A stretch of DNA of 64,000 bases from the human T2T-CHM13v2.0 reference genome, Homo sapiens, in NCBI RefSeq assembly GCF_009914755.1, contig NC_060928.1; one strand, given 5' to 3'. The position numbers were made by a program, and so were the translations under genes. A model generated the notes under the pieces. It did not search any database. It was given only the letters and a program-made list of their open reading frames with translations, and had not been told where the DNA came from. Below are positions 27,037 to 40,842 of this stretch, in pieces. The stretch's first letter is position 1. Each line of letters opens with the position of its first letter.

Positions 27037-27740
27037 TGTTGCAGCTCCAGTAGTTTGGCAAGTGGGAGGGAGTGGTGCCCAGCAGCCTTTTCACTCCTTC
27101 ACTCCGGCAGCTTGGCAAATGAGTGGAAGTGGTGCCCTGTGGCTCTTTCGCTCCCATAGTTCAGTGAGCAAAAGGGAGTGGCACCCAGTGGCTTCTTCTT
27201 TCCCATTGTTCAGTGAGCAGGAGGGAGGGTTACAGTTATTTTATTCCCACTGCACACAGCTCAGTGAGCAAGAGGGTTACAGCTCCTTTATTCCTGTTGC
27301 CTGCAGCTTGCCAAGTTCCAGGTTCTTGTCTTACAACAAAGAAGAATAAGGTATGCAGATAACAGAGAGTGTATAAGGCAGAGAAGAATTTTATTGGATG
27401 ACAGAAGGAAAACTCTCAGCTGCAGGAGAGGAACCTGAAAGAAGTAGCCATCTGTGAGGCTAAGTCCAGGGTTTTTATGGGCTTAGAATGGGGGAGCGCA
27501 TGCTGATTGGTGCATAGGTGGTCTTGGAAAAAGCACCATTCAATTAGTTAAACGGCATCATTCAAAAAAAAAAAAAAAACAGTTGAGAGAGAGTGGGTAA
27601 GGCGGGGATGGAAGTTCTCACTCTGTCATGGACTCTGTCTGAAACTGGCATTTCAATTTTCAGGCTTCAGGCTGTCTTTGTCCTGAAGGTCAAGTTTCAC
27701 TAGGGAGCCGTCCCTGTCTACCTAAGAATTGTTGCTATCA
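27037..27740 (-). mobile_element. ERV1 solo LTR (MER52/LTR27/LTR28 group)
   Basis: TG...CA ends; 4-bp TSD cata at 27033-27036 and 27741-27744; minus-strand AATAAA (tttatt near 27390), TATA-like tttttatgg and CCAAT (gattgg). Confidence 0.82.
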
Positions 27741-27770
27741 CATATATATATATATGGTGAAACTATAAAG

Positions 27771-27842
27771 TTTGACGAAAATGCTGATAATGATATGGGC
27801 AATGAGATCCAGGCTGAGGTGGTCTCAGATGGAGATGAGGAA
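27771..27842 (+). mobile_element. Isolated 72-bp THE1-internal fragment
   Basis: Closely matches 28872-28943 (aaaatgctgataatgatatgg...ccaggctgaggtggtctcagatggagatgaggaa). Confidence 0.9.
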
Positions 27843-28357
27843 ATTATAATGCAAAACACAGAACGGATGACAATAAAAGTCAGGATAAGCTCTCTTCTGG
27901 AGCAATAATCCCCTTGAGGGTGGGGCCTGTCTTTTCAACTTTATCTTCATCTAACACAAGCCAGGCATACAATTGTCATTGAAGAAATTTTCGCTGGGTG
28001 TTATGTTATTTAAATATAAATCACTGAAGTTTATTATTGAATAACCTGTAGTCTAACATTGTCTCTCAACCAGGCCACAGGTTCCAGGCAGGACAATGAC
28101 AAAACAACTCCTTTTCATCACAACACCCTCATGCAGTGTTTGCTCTATGGACCTACTATCATTTCTCATGCTCCTTAGGCAACAATGTATTTTAGGAAAT
28201 AGGCATAAGACCCACTGATCTTTCCCCAAGATCTCACATCATGAAGGGGAGACAGGCAAAAAAAGAGATGATGGCAAAAGATTGTAGGGCATTAAAGCAT
28301 TGTTAGTGATTGTTTATATTATAGTTCCATGCCATTTTTATTTATTAATTTGGTTGA

Positions 28358-30619
28358 TGATGTGATTCACTGTGTCCCCATGCAAATCTCATGTTGAATT
28401 CCCATGTGTTGTAGGAGGGACACTGTGGGAGGTAATTGAATTATGTGGGCAGATCTTTCCTGTGCTGTTCTTGTGATAGTGAATAAGTCTCACAGGATCT
28501 GATGGTTCTACAAGGGGGAGTTTCCCTGCATAGTCTCTCTCTTTCCCTGCTGCCATTCATATAAGACGTGACGTGCTCCTCCTTGCCTTTCACCATTATT
28601 GTGAAGTCTCCCCAGCCATGTGGAACTGTGAGTCCATTAAACCTCTTTTGTAAATTGCCCAGTCTCGTGTATCTCTTTATCAGCAGCAGGAAAAGGAACT
28701 AATACAGTAAATTGGTACCAGTAGAGTGGAGTGCTGCTTAAAAAATACCCAAAAATGTGGAGGCAACTTTGGAACTGGGTAACAGGCAGGGGTTGGAAAA
28801 GTTTGGAGGGCTCAGAAGAAGACAGGAAAATGTGGGCAAGTTTGGAACTTCCTAGATACTTGTTGAATGGCTTTAGCCAAAATGCTGATAATGATATGGA
28901 CAATGAAATCCAGGCTGAGGTGGTCTCAGATGGAGATGAGGAACTTGTTGGGAACCGGAGGAAAGGTGACTTTTGTTATGTTTTAGCAAAGAGACTGGTG
29001 GCTTTTTGCCCCTGCCCTCGAGATTTGTGGAACATTGAACTTGAGATAGATGATTTAGGGTATCTGGCAGAAGACATTTCTAAGCAGCAAAAAATTCAAG
29101 AGATGACTCGGATGCTGTTAAAGGCATTCAGTTTTATAAAGGAAGCAGAGCATAAAAGTTTGGAAAATTTGCAGCCTGACAATGCAATAAAAAAGAAAAT
29201 CCCATTTTCTGAGGAGAAATTTAAGCCAGCTGCAGAAATTTGCATAAGCAATGAAGAACCTAATGTTAATTGCCAAGACAATGGAGAAAATGTCTCTAGA
29301 GCATTTCAGAGGCCTTTAAGGCAGTCCCTCCCATTACAGGGGAACTGATGAGAAAAAGATGGTTTTGTGGTCTGGGTCCAGGGTCCCCATGCTGTGTGCA
29401 GCCTAGGGACTTGGTGCCCTGTGTCCCAGCTGCTCTAGCCATGGCTAAAAGGGGCCAAGGTACAGCTCAGGCCGTGGCTTCAGATGGTGCAAGCCCCAAG
29501 CCTTGCCAACTTCCACAAGGTGTTGAGCCTGTGAGTGCACAGAATTCAAGAACGGAGGTTTGGAAACCTCTGCCTACATTTCAGAAGATGTTTGGAAATA
29601 ACTGGGGGTCCAGGCAGAAGTTTCCTGCAGGGGTGTGGTCCTCATGGAGAACCTCTGCTAGGGCAGTGCAGAAGAGAAATGTGGGATCAGAGCCCCCACA
29701 CAGAGTCCCTACTGGAACACTGCCTAGTGGAGGTGTGAGAAGAGGGCCACCATCCTCCAGATCCCAGGATAATAGATCGACCAACAGTAGCACCATGACC
29801 CTGGAAAAGCCACAGATACCCAATGCCAGCCCATGGGAGCAGCCAGGAGAGAAGCTGTAACCTGCAAAGCCACAGAGGCAGAGCTTCTCGAGACCACGGG
29901 AACCCACCTCTTGCATCAGCATGACCTGGATGTGAGACCTAGAGTCACAGGAGACCATTTTGGAACTTTAAGATTTCACTGCCCTGCTGGATTTCAGACT
30001 TGCAAGGGGCCTGTAACCCCTTTGTTATGGCCAATTTCTCCCATTTGGAATGGCTATATTTACCCAATGCCTGTACTCCCATTGTATCTAGGACATAACT
30101 AACTTGTTTTTGATTTTACAGGCTCATAGGTGAAAAGCACTTGCCTTGTCTCAGATGAGACTTTGGACTGTGGACTTTTGAGTTAATGCTGAAATTAGAC
30201 TTTGGGAGGCTGTTGGGAAGGCATGATTGGTTTTGAAATGTGAGGATATGAGATTTGGGAGGGGTCAGGCGGTCGAATGATAGGGTTTGACTGTGTCCCC
30301 ACCCAAATCTCATCTTGAGTTCAGAGATACCCAGTGGGAGGTAATTTAATCATGTGGGCAGGTCTTTCCCATGCTGTTCTCATGACAGTGAATAAGTCTC
30401 ACAGGATCTGATGGTTCTATAAGGGCAAGTTTCCCTGCACAGTCTGTCTCTTTGCCTGCTGCCATCCATGTAAGACAAGACTTGCTCATCCTTGCCTTCC
30501 ACCATGATTGTGAGGCTTTTCCAGCCACGTGGAAATGTAAGTCCATTAAACCTCTTTCTTTTGTAAATTGCCCAGTTTCAGGTACGTCTTCATTAGCAGT
30601 GTGAAAATGAACTAACATA
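28358..30619 (+). mobile_element. Full-length THE1B MaLR (LTR 28358-28706, internal, LTR 30278-30619)
   Basis: Two homologous LTRs; internal region begins gtaaattggtaccag; TSD gttga/gtaga (4 of 5 match). Confidence 0.93.
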
Positions 30620-33118
30620 GTAGACAAAAAAATTTAATTATATTAAAGTTATAGGAAAGTAGGTATTCATTTATTATTGGAATGTAAATTGATAAAATTT
30701 GAGGGAAGTTGTGAATGTCTCAATTTATAAAAAAATAAGATAATTGACAACATAAAAACTATTAAAGACATTTTTGGGTCAAATATACTTTTACCTGATA
30801 ATCTTCCTTTCAACAATTTATTCTTTATATTCATTTTATATTTGTAAAATACTTTCATTTACATATGGAAATGTAGGATGCAGAATGTTAATTAAGAGGA
30901 ATAGTTAAAATCAATTATTGTACATCAATACATAAAATAATAATGCTATTACAATAAGGGTCTTTGTGTTTGGATATAAGAGTCATTCAAAGATATTGTT
31001 AAAATGAACATGTAAAGAAGCATAAATATATTACATTATTTTGTTATTGTATATTTTAAAATACAATACAATTAATTTACAGCATATATGTGCATAGAAT
31101 GTTGTTCATTGACTATAAACACACAGGAAGTCATAGTGGTCATTGTGGCTTCTATTGCAAAATAGAATTGAATGGCTGAGGGACGTTGATAGTAGAGTGG
31201 CAAAGTTAATAAAGTTTCCAAATACTACAAGATATTAAAAAATGAATATGGAATTCTATATTATTGTCTATTTTATTAAGACTATCAGTTTTTAATTTGT
31301 ATTCATTTTTTAAATGAGACTTTTGAAGGAAAAGAAAAAAGTACAGTCTATTATAGCTGTTAAGAATGCTGAATTATTAAAAGAGCGTATCAAACCACTT
31401 TGGCTTGAAATAATAAAACAGACACAAACAACATATTTAGCATTTTCTAACACTATCATTATTTTTTCAATTTTTTTATATTGTCTTGAAAAAACATTGG
31501 ATGATATTTCAAAATAGAAGTTGATTACTATTTCTATCTATTGTGTCCGTCTCTCCATAAAGAAATCAGTTTACTGTTCAGATAATTCAGTAACAACTAA
31601 ACTAACCATCAACTAACTAAACAACATAAGTTCTGAATGTGTTTGTGCAGTTTATGTTAACTAAATTCGTTGAAAACCTATAAAACTTTATATCTGCTTT
31701 TTTTATTTAAACAGAGCTGGTTCTCAAAGTTTTAATATGTAAGATACAATGAATTTCTAGCTTTAAGAGTATTTTATAGATGCAAATGCTTCCTTAAAAA
31801 GCACTGAACCTGATCATAATGAAATCATATAGCAAATCCTAATGTAAAAACTTAATGTTGCAAACTGTTTTCATTCCTCAAAGCTATTAAAATGGTACCT
31901 TTACAACTACCATTGTCACTTTTACACGTTAATAAAGTGGCATAGATAATGAAATGCAATAAAATCATTACTTGCTTCCATTAACACTGGTTAGTGGGAG
32001 AAATGTGACTGGGTGGGATAGGAATTAAATATCTCATGAACTGGATAAATAATTTTTTTTGTCTAAACACAATTTCAAAGTTAAACTCAAGACTCCTTCT
32101 CTTCTGATAGCACGTGATATAAGATCAGTACCTCATTTTGGCAGAGCAGTTGATTGGAGATGAAAGGCATCCTATATCTTTTACAAACTCCATAGCCAGA
32201 TGGGTGAGAGGTGGTAAAGCTTCCTCTCACTTTCCTGCCCAGGAATTTATGCACAACTGGGCTGCCGTAGATGATTAAAAAAAATCAGAACAGCTTCGTT
32301 GGGATATAATTCACATACTATAACAGTCACCTTTTTAAACTGTAGAATTTTGTAGGTTTTTTTGTTGTATATTCTTGGAGTTGCACAACTCTCACTGCTA
32401 ATTAATTTGAAAATATTTTTATTACTCAAAAAAGAAACTACATACTGTTAATAGTCACTCTCCATCTATCTTGAAAACCACAAATTTACTTCTTGTCTCT
32501 CTTTGTCTATTCTGTGTAGTTCATTTAAATGGAATGATACAATGTCATTTTTGTGTCTGGATACATTTATTTAACATAATGATTTCAAGGTTTATTCAGA
32601 TATCAGTACTTTATTCTTTTGTTTATTGTCAAAAATGATTCCATTGTATGGATACATGCATTTTGTTTATCCATTCATGAGTTGATGGGCATTAGGTTGA
32701 TTTCCTCCCTTTGGCTATTCTGAATAATGCTGCTATTCATGTAGTTGTTGTTTTGTTCTGTTTGAAGCTTATATTTGCATTTATTGGTTATACATAAGAG
32801 TGAACTTTTGGGTCCAGGAGGAAAAGCCAAACTGCTTTTAAAATGGTGGCATCATATTGCATTCTCCCCAGCAGTGCTGGAGGTTTCAATTTCTGTATAT
32901 CTTTGTCAATTCTTGTTATTGTCTGATTTTTAAAAATTTTAGCCTCACCAGTAAATGTGAAGAGGTATTTCACTGTGGTTTTGATTTGCATGTCTTTAGT
33001 GACTAATGGTGCTGAACATTTTGCCTGTGGTTATTGGCCATTTGTGTAACCTCTTTGGAGAAAGGTCTATTCAAATCTTTTGCCAATATTTAAAAAAAAA
33101 TTCTGTCAGTCATTTTAC

Positions 33119-33565
<447 letters not shown>

Positions 33566-36188
33566 GTCTTTTACAGTTTTTTTTAAATTGGGTAATTTGT
33601 CTTTTAATAGCTGAGTTGTAAGACTACTTTACATATTCTGATATAAGGCCCTTATCAGATATATAATTTGCCAATATTTTCTTCCATTCTGCATTTTCTT
33701 TTCATTTTCTTGATAGTGTCCTTTGAATTCCAAAATATTTTATTTTTGGTGAAATAAAATTTATAAATTTTGTGTGTGTGTGTGTTTGGTGTCTTTTGTA
33801 AGAAACCAAGGTCATAAACATTTATTACTATGCTATTTTTCTAAGAGTTCTACAGTTTTAGCTCTTACATTTAAGTCTATATTCCATTTTATGCTAATTT
33901 TTTACATGGCGTGAAACACAGATCTAACTTTATTTCTTTGCATGTGGATATTAAGTTGTTCCTGCACCATTTGTTGAAAAGACTAATATTTCATCATTGA
34001 ATGCTCTGGCAACTTTGTCAAATATCAGTTGATTATAGGGATTTACATCTGGATTTTTAATGCAATCTCATTGATCTGTGTGTCTATCCTTATTATGACA
34101 CCATCTTGTATACTGAGGTACGTTTTCAAATAGGAAACTCTGAATATTCCAACTTTTTCAAGATGGTTGTGGCTAGTCTGAGTCCTTTGCATTGTCAAAT
34201 GCATTTTAGGAAGGGTTTGTCAGTTTGTGCAAAGAAGGAAGCTGGGGTTTTTGTTAATCATTGTGTTAAATCCATAGATAAACCTGGTGAATTTTAACAA
34301 TATTGTCTTTTTAATAACATATGGGCTGTCTTACCATTTACTTAGTCCTTCTTTAATTTCTGTCAACAATATATTATAGTTTTCAGTGTACAGACTTGCA
34401 CTCCTTTTGTTAATTTTATTCCTTAATGTTTTATTTTTTGAGACTATTTTAAATGGTTTTCCAAATTTTACTTTGGTATTATTCATTGCTAGTGTATAGA
34501 AATGCAGTCAATTGTTATGTAATCATGTTGTATCCTATAACCTCACTGAACTTGTTTTTCAATTCTTAGTAATTAGCTGATTGCTTAGGTTTCTCCATGG
34601 GCAAGAATGTTATCTGTGAATACAGGTTTACTTCTATCTTTATTTTCCTTCTTTACCTTGCCTAATTCCCTTGGCTAGAACTGCCAGTACAAGGTTGAAT
34701 AACTTTGCATATAGTCTGCTGTAAAGTCATACTTATAATACGAGACAGTTATTATATTGTTTAATATAACTATTAGATAAAAATTCCTGAAATCACTTTT
34801 CAAATATGACTTTGGGCAAAAATATTTTGCTACCTTGATTCTTAACAGAAAACAGTGTGATACAATATGGAAGTTAGTATGTTCATGCATAGATAACTTA
34901 TTTTGGATTTCCATGGAAACATTCTTTTTATTATGCCTATAAAATATACGGAAGTCTTTTGGAACATCAATTAACTCACAAGGAAAGTATTTGAAAAAAG
35001 AAGCTCGAAGTTCATAGTGAATCAGAAACAGACAACCTGTCTGTCTGTAGAAATATGCTTTTAAAAAGCATGACTAAAGGAAATAGGCACCGCATAAGGA
35101 AGAAAAAAGTTATGTATCTCAACCAGGGCCTCATGACTCATTACCTGAACAATAACTGTGAGAGCTGATAGCTGTGCATATTCTCTTTCTAAATTGTTAT
35201 GTATTTATAAATTGAATATATATATAAATTAATTTCTTATTGCCTCTCTCCTTTTTCTGATTATGTAAGTATTGCTATGGGTTGCTAACTTCACAATGTA
35301 GTCTTTACGCAATGAAATATTCAGGTAGGACCTCCATCCAATTTGAGGAGAAGGTATCATCTAGTCATGGATACTACCCTGTTGCCCATAGACGCACACC
35401 ATTGTTATTGGGACTTTGTGTTTCCTACTGGTTTTGGAAGTGAGAAAATACTCATGTGTATGAAACACAATTGCTTATTATTTAGCGACAACATAAGATT
35501 ATTATCATTGCTATATTCAAATGTGTGTAGCGAAGTAGCCAAAAGAGTGGACTGTGCCAATTCTTAATTGCTTCTTAGCTCTAAATCTATCTTCCTATCC
35601 TGTGGACTATGATGTAGGAGCCATTCTATTTGGTTGGTCTTCCACTCGGTGTCGTCCCAGCCAATGGCTCTTCATCCTGGTAGTGAAATTGGATTCAATT
35701 TTCAGCGCTTTTTTTTTTTTCCACTCTCAGAAGCAGTCTGTTTGTGCTTCGTTAGTATCAAGAGGCAGTGTCGTCTCCTTAGAGGTATAAGTTCCAACCC
35801 CAAGGGCCCCTCCTCTAAATTTCAAGATTCTAAAAGTCCTCAGCCTGTGACTTTTGTTTCTCCAGTGAGACACCAGGTGGAAGGCATTCCCTGGAGAAAC
35901 TCTAACCAGCCTGCCCACTGGGGTGGAGCCTTGGGAAGTTCACTGACATTTGCAGCTGGGAGGAGCCTGGCCCCTCCTCTTCCCGTGTGGAACCCAGGGT
36001 TCAAATGGCTGAGCGGGAAGCGCTCTAGTAGGGACTCTGGCAACTCTGTTTTCTCCTTCTCTTCCTTTTCACCCAATAATACCCTGTCTTACTCATTATT
36101 TCAAATTGTCTAAGAGCCTGAATTTTCGTGGCTCTAGGGCAAAGAACCCCGTCTTTAACTGAACTAAGGAAAAGTCCTACAACATTTT

Positions 36189-36206
36189 TGGCACGCAACG
36201 TGGGAG
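36189..36206 (+). other. Primer binding site, tRNA-Lys(CUU)-like
   Basis: tggcacgcaacgtgggag versus the Lys1,2 PBS tggcgcccaacgtggggc; 4 nt after the 5' LTR. Confidence 0.72.
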
Positions 36207-37032
36207 CTCGAGAAGCGGTGAGTGACATGGGGACTCAAAACCTGTCAATGGTTTCTAAGCCTTTTCATCTTTGGACTTCTGAGCTTAAAGAAAACTGCAC
36301 CCCAACCCCCTGTTGCTCCTGGGGGTCGGGGGACTTTTCATGGACTTTCCTTTCCCTTTTCAGGAGGGACTGGCCAGCAGCGGCTTCCCTCCATCCCCTA
36401 CTCCATGCGTGGCTGGGAGGTATGGCTCAAGGGTCCCACACGGTGGCCACACACAGTAGCAGCCTTCCCTTTCCCCAGCCAAGGGGTTTTACTCCATAGG
36501 ACGGTAATTAAGCTTAAACTTTTCTCCCTGGTGGAGGAACCAGTTGCATAAGAATAAGAGGTTCTTCTCCAGGCATTTTAAAACTGTTTTTTCCCTTCTC
36601 ATCTTCACCCTGTTGGCAGTTAACTTTTAAAGTTTTTTTTTTTTTTCAGAAAATGTTTTACTAAGCCAGACCCCCTGTCGGCCCTCCCGCGCACTCCTTT
36701 CCCCCAGCAAACTGTCACCGTGAGTATTCTCTGCAAAGTTTCAGTTGTGAAATCAAGCCTCCATCTTGTTTTATATCCTGAGGGCATGGCTTGTAACTCC
36801 AGTGGCAAGGCTTTGTTTAGCAGTCCTGCCTTAGGGAATGTTTCTTTCTGGTTCGATATTTGCATGTTTTCCTACCTCTAAAAGTCCCCACCCAGCGACT
36901 AGGTTTTTTTTTGTCTGCCTTTGTGTGGCCTGTGCGTAATGTCTGTCAAAAAAGCTCCAATTAATCTGGCCTAAAGAAAGACAAATGCTTGGATCTAATA
37001 TTTTTTAAAGGGAAGATAAAATCTATGGTACT

Positions 37033-37320
<288 letters not shown>

Positions 37321-37439
37321 TCAGATACAAGGTTTGCTAAGTGTTTTAAGGTTAAAAACTGCTTTTTTGGTTTTGAGATCTGTTTGACTTGCCGGCTTCA
37401 CAATTGGTAAGGCTTGGGGACATATGGAACTAACCACAT

Positions 37440-37480
37440 CTTTAAGAAGGCAAACCTTGGCTTTAAGAAGGCAAACCTGG
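37440..37480. repeat. 21-bp tandem duplication
   Basis: ctttaagaaggcaaaccttgg / ctttaagaaggcaaacctgg. Confidence 0.9.
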
Positions 37481-40229
37481 CTGCAGTTAGCACACAATTA
37501 AAGCAACTTACCAGGTTTTACCCTGAAGTTAAAAATTGATAGGAGTTAATTGAAACTACTGGAAGTAGATTTACATGCAAGATGTGAAACAGCAGTAAAA
37601 TGTGTTTTTTAGGAAAAGGTTATAAGAAGGCATAGAAATGTAAACTGCCTGGGGTTAAAGGATTGTTTTAAATTAGATAGAAAAAAGCTGAAAATTCAAA
37701 GAAGTGGTGGAAAAATTGTGGAAATGAATCTTGCAGAAGAGGTTCTCTATGTGAACATACTGACTAATTCAAAAGGGTATTATATGGTTTTTCTGTAAAT
37801 TGTGCATTGAAATAAAGCATAACAAGGTTTTACTAAGGCACTAATCTGCTCTTTGGCAAAATTTGTAAAGGATTATAAAAGGTTTCTGGTTCTTTAAAAT
37901 TTCTGAGTCATCATTTTGGCAAAATAAATAAATTATGGTAATCTGAAATTCTATTTCCTAATATCAAGTGCTTTAAACATATTTAAAAGGCTTCCCCAAA
38001 TCAAACTTCAGTTTCAAAATTGTTTTTCCTGACATCTGGCTTTTCCGATAGTTCAAAGGGCCCCTGGAATGTCTAGAAAAAAGAGGTAAATAGGATTATT
38101 TGCCATGTTCAGGTACATGGGATTGCCAAAATAATGTTAATCTTCTTTAGGTTAAATCTTGGGAAATAATGCTAATATATGTTCCAAAATTGTGTGAGAT
38201 TTCTAAAATTTTAATATCTAAGTATATGCTATCAATCATAATTACAACTTTTATGTTAAGTTATTGTAAACCATGGATATAACCAAACTTCTTTATCAAT
38301 CGTGTTCTTAACTGTAACTACCCTGGACATTTTGCTATTCACAGACAATTGTTGTCTTGTTTTAATCCTTTTTGAAGATGGTTTATAATGAGCTATAGAG
38401 CTCTGACAGGTGCTTTCAAATGCAATTTCTGATTGTATTTGAGACAATCAGGTTTCTGATAACTTTGGAGATTGTGACATTGGAATAAAGGAAAAGGTAT
38501 AGAACTCATAAAGAGTGAAATGTTCATGAATATCAAGCAAAACCAGAGTTAACTAAATGGACTGAACTCAGAAAGGTGAAGCAAATCTTTTTGACTTTTG
38601 GTTGGACTATTGCTGATCCTTGTTTTGTTTCTCAGAGTCCAGGAAACTTACTTTGAGCTATTTACAGCCTTTAATAATTGAGTAAGGTATACTCCTATGA
38701 TCAAAATTTGGAGCATGTTTGTTTCTCTCTGCCTGGTTCCTCTAGAATTTGAAAACTATCTGTGAGTATTGTTATGGCAATATAATTGTCTGCATCAGTG
38801 CAATAAGCATCCATTTTTATTTTGCAATAGGACACAATTGGAAAAACTGGCCATTTTACCAAGGTTTTGACTGGAAGTGTATGCTTCCATATAAAGAGTC
38901 AGACTTGACTTGTAGAGCTGATAAATGCCCCATGGGAGACTGGCCTCATGCTGTCATCTACACAGTCCCTGTACAGGGTCCCTGACCTGTGGTCAGTAAA
39001 GAATGTCACTTTCTAACAGGTCCAGGAGCTCCAAGTTTATCTTGGGACCATAAGAGGGGAGGATCACCCAACTCACAGGTATTTGAAGATACATACCCAT
39101 GGGTGAGCTTGGCTTTAGAAGGTCTTATCTGAGATTCCTTGTGGAACAAACTTTCATCAAAGCCAATCCAAAAGACCTATGTAGAAATAATTATTCTTGC
39201 TGCACTTTATGCAAATAATCAGGCCAAGTATAAAACTAAAGTCTATTTTTTCAAACAACTCAGTCCTATGATGAGTTTTTAACAAAAATGAAGACTGGAG
39301 AGAGAGAAATCATGTTTCAAAACTTACACATTTGTCATTAAATTCTAAACTCATTAGTTGCTATTAAGTTTTCGCCTACCTTTTAGACTAACCTTGTGTG
39401 TTCCTGTGAAACAACCAGCAGTATCTGGCTGCAGCTCAGAAAGAACAAAAGGGATGGGTAATGCAAAAATCTGGGTCAATATTCTAGTTCTGAGCAATTA
39501 TCCTGCAAATCCTGCCAGGTGATGGAATACATAGGGAATAAATAGGGTGCCTATCACCCAGAGGTTTCCTTTTGGAAAAATAGGACCAAGGAAGCTAACC
39601 AAAGTCAACACCATGCACCCAAATCCTAGCAAGCATGAGTATAGCCACCAGTTACCTGGGTGTGTCACAAGACATCCATTTCTCTCCCTTGTTGGAGGAG
39701 GATTCAGTTCCACTGTTCCCCCTTAGCATTCAGCTTATGATTAAGGAGTCCATGCAACTCCTTGAGACACATTTTTTCCTAGACTCAATTCCAACCTTTG
39801 GGTTAAAGCCCTAGGAAGGAAAACTGGATCTGAGGTATCCAGAGACAGACAACAAGAGAGGTTAAAAGGCACAGTGCAGGTGAGCAGGACTGATTCTTGC
39901 CAATTAAACCAAGCCAAGCTTCCTTTTAATGGATAAAGGCCACATTAATATCCATGGCATATATGAGGTCTGGGGAACTCCAAGGCTACTGACAGTAGGG
40001 GAAATAGAAGCATAGGTGAGAGCAGATAGTTTCTGTTCTCTAGGCCCCTCCCTGCTTCATGGGTGCAAGCCACATTTATACTTATGGCAGCATCTGCCAA
40101 GGTCACCGGGACTTAGGGATCCAAGGACCGAAGAAGGGAAAGAGGACACTCTTCCTTCTCTCCCCCACTTACCCTGGTTATCTACTAGGAAGAGAAGGGA
40201 ACCAGGGACACCTGCTCCCCTCTTTCTAG

Positions 40230-40349
40230 ATGGGTAGCCATTCATCTTCAGTCCTTACCCCTTTCAAATGCATCCTTAACCCCTGGGACTCCTTTAAAAG
40301 GTGCCTTCTTTTTCCCTCTCTCCTCCTTGGTTCTCTCTTTACTGATTAA
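40230..40349 (+). pseudogene. gag matrix N-terminal remnant
   Basis: My translation MGSHSSSVLTPFKCILNPWDSF... resembles the class I ERV Gag start MGxxxS..TPLxCILxxWDxF; stop after 39 aa. Confidence 0.65.
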
Positions 40350-40639
40350 TTATGTCTCCCTACTATGAGACACTCGCCTCAGATGCATCCTCCAAACTGG
40401 AAAGAGTTAGTTTCCCAAACCTTAAACTAGTTGGTTTAGGATTGGACTCTGGGAAGAAAACCCAGAAGCCTGATATGCCAGCAAAAGGGTAAAGTTTTTT
40501 TTAACCAGTTGGGCTTTTGGACTTCCTCTCCCTTTGCAAACTGGTAAAAGCCCTCCAGATTTTTGAGCTGTCCTTACCCCTCCCCTTGTTTCCTTTTCAT
40601 ACATATTTTCTAATAACCATGTTTGTCTGTTCTTGCTTT

Positions 40640-40842
40640 CGGGCCATCAAACTCCAAACAGTCATGCAACCAGAGCCTCTGATGATGGCCTCTTTTGCTG
40701 GGAACCCTTAAATAGGCCTCTGAGGGAGATCTGACTGCTGTTTTCCCCAAACAGCATCCCTGTCAGCAGGAAGGAGTTAAGATTGGTCTTTGTCCTTTCC
40801 CTTAATCTTACAGCAGTTAGATGTATTTCCTCAGAGGGGTAA
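40640..40842 (+). pseudogene. env cytoplasmic-tail remnant plus polypurine tract
   Basis: AIKLQTVMQPEP resembles the HERV-W/9 Env tail (AVKLQM.EP); cagcaggaaggagtta; PPT agaggggtaa at 40833-40842. Confidence 0.6.

Noticed and set aside
27040-27315. CRISPR-like repeat-spacer array
   Set aside because: Units are degenerate, lack unique spacers, and lie inside an LTR in primate DNA with no cas genes
28600-30530. PRDM9-A hotspot motif CCTCCCTNNCCAC in THE1 LTRs
   Set aside because: The homologous positions read gtctccccagccat and gcttttccagccac; the THE1A LTRs also mismatch
35866-36184. p53 response element known from some MER61 subfamilies
   Set aside because: I found no paired RRRCWWGYYY half-sites in either LTR by eye; a PWM scan would confirm this
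35634-36551. ORFs of 109-159 aa around the MER61 5' LTR
   Set aside because: They span LTR and leader sequence and show no protein-family motif
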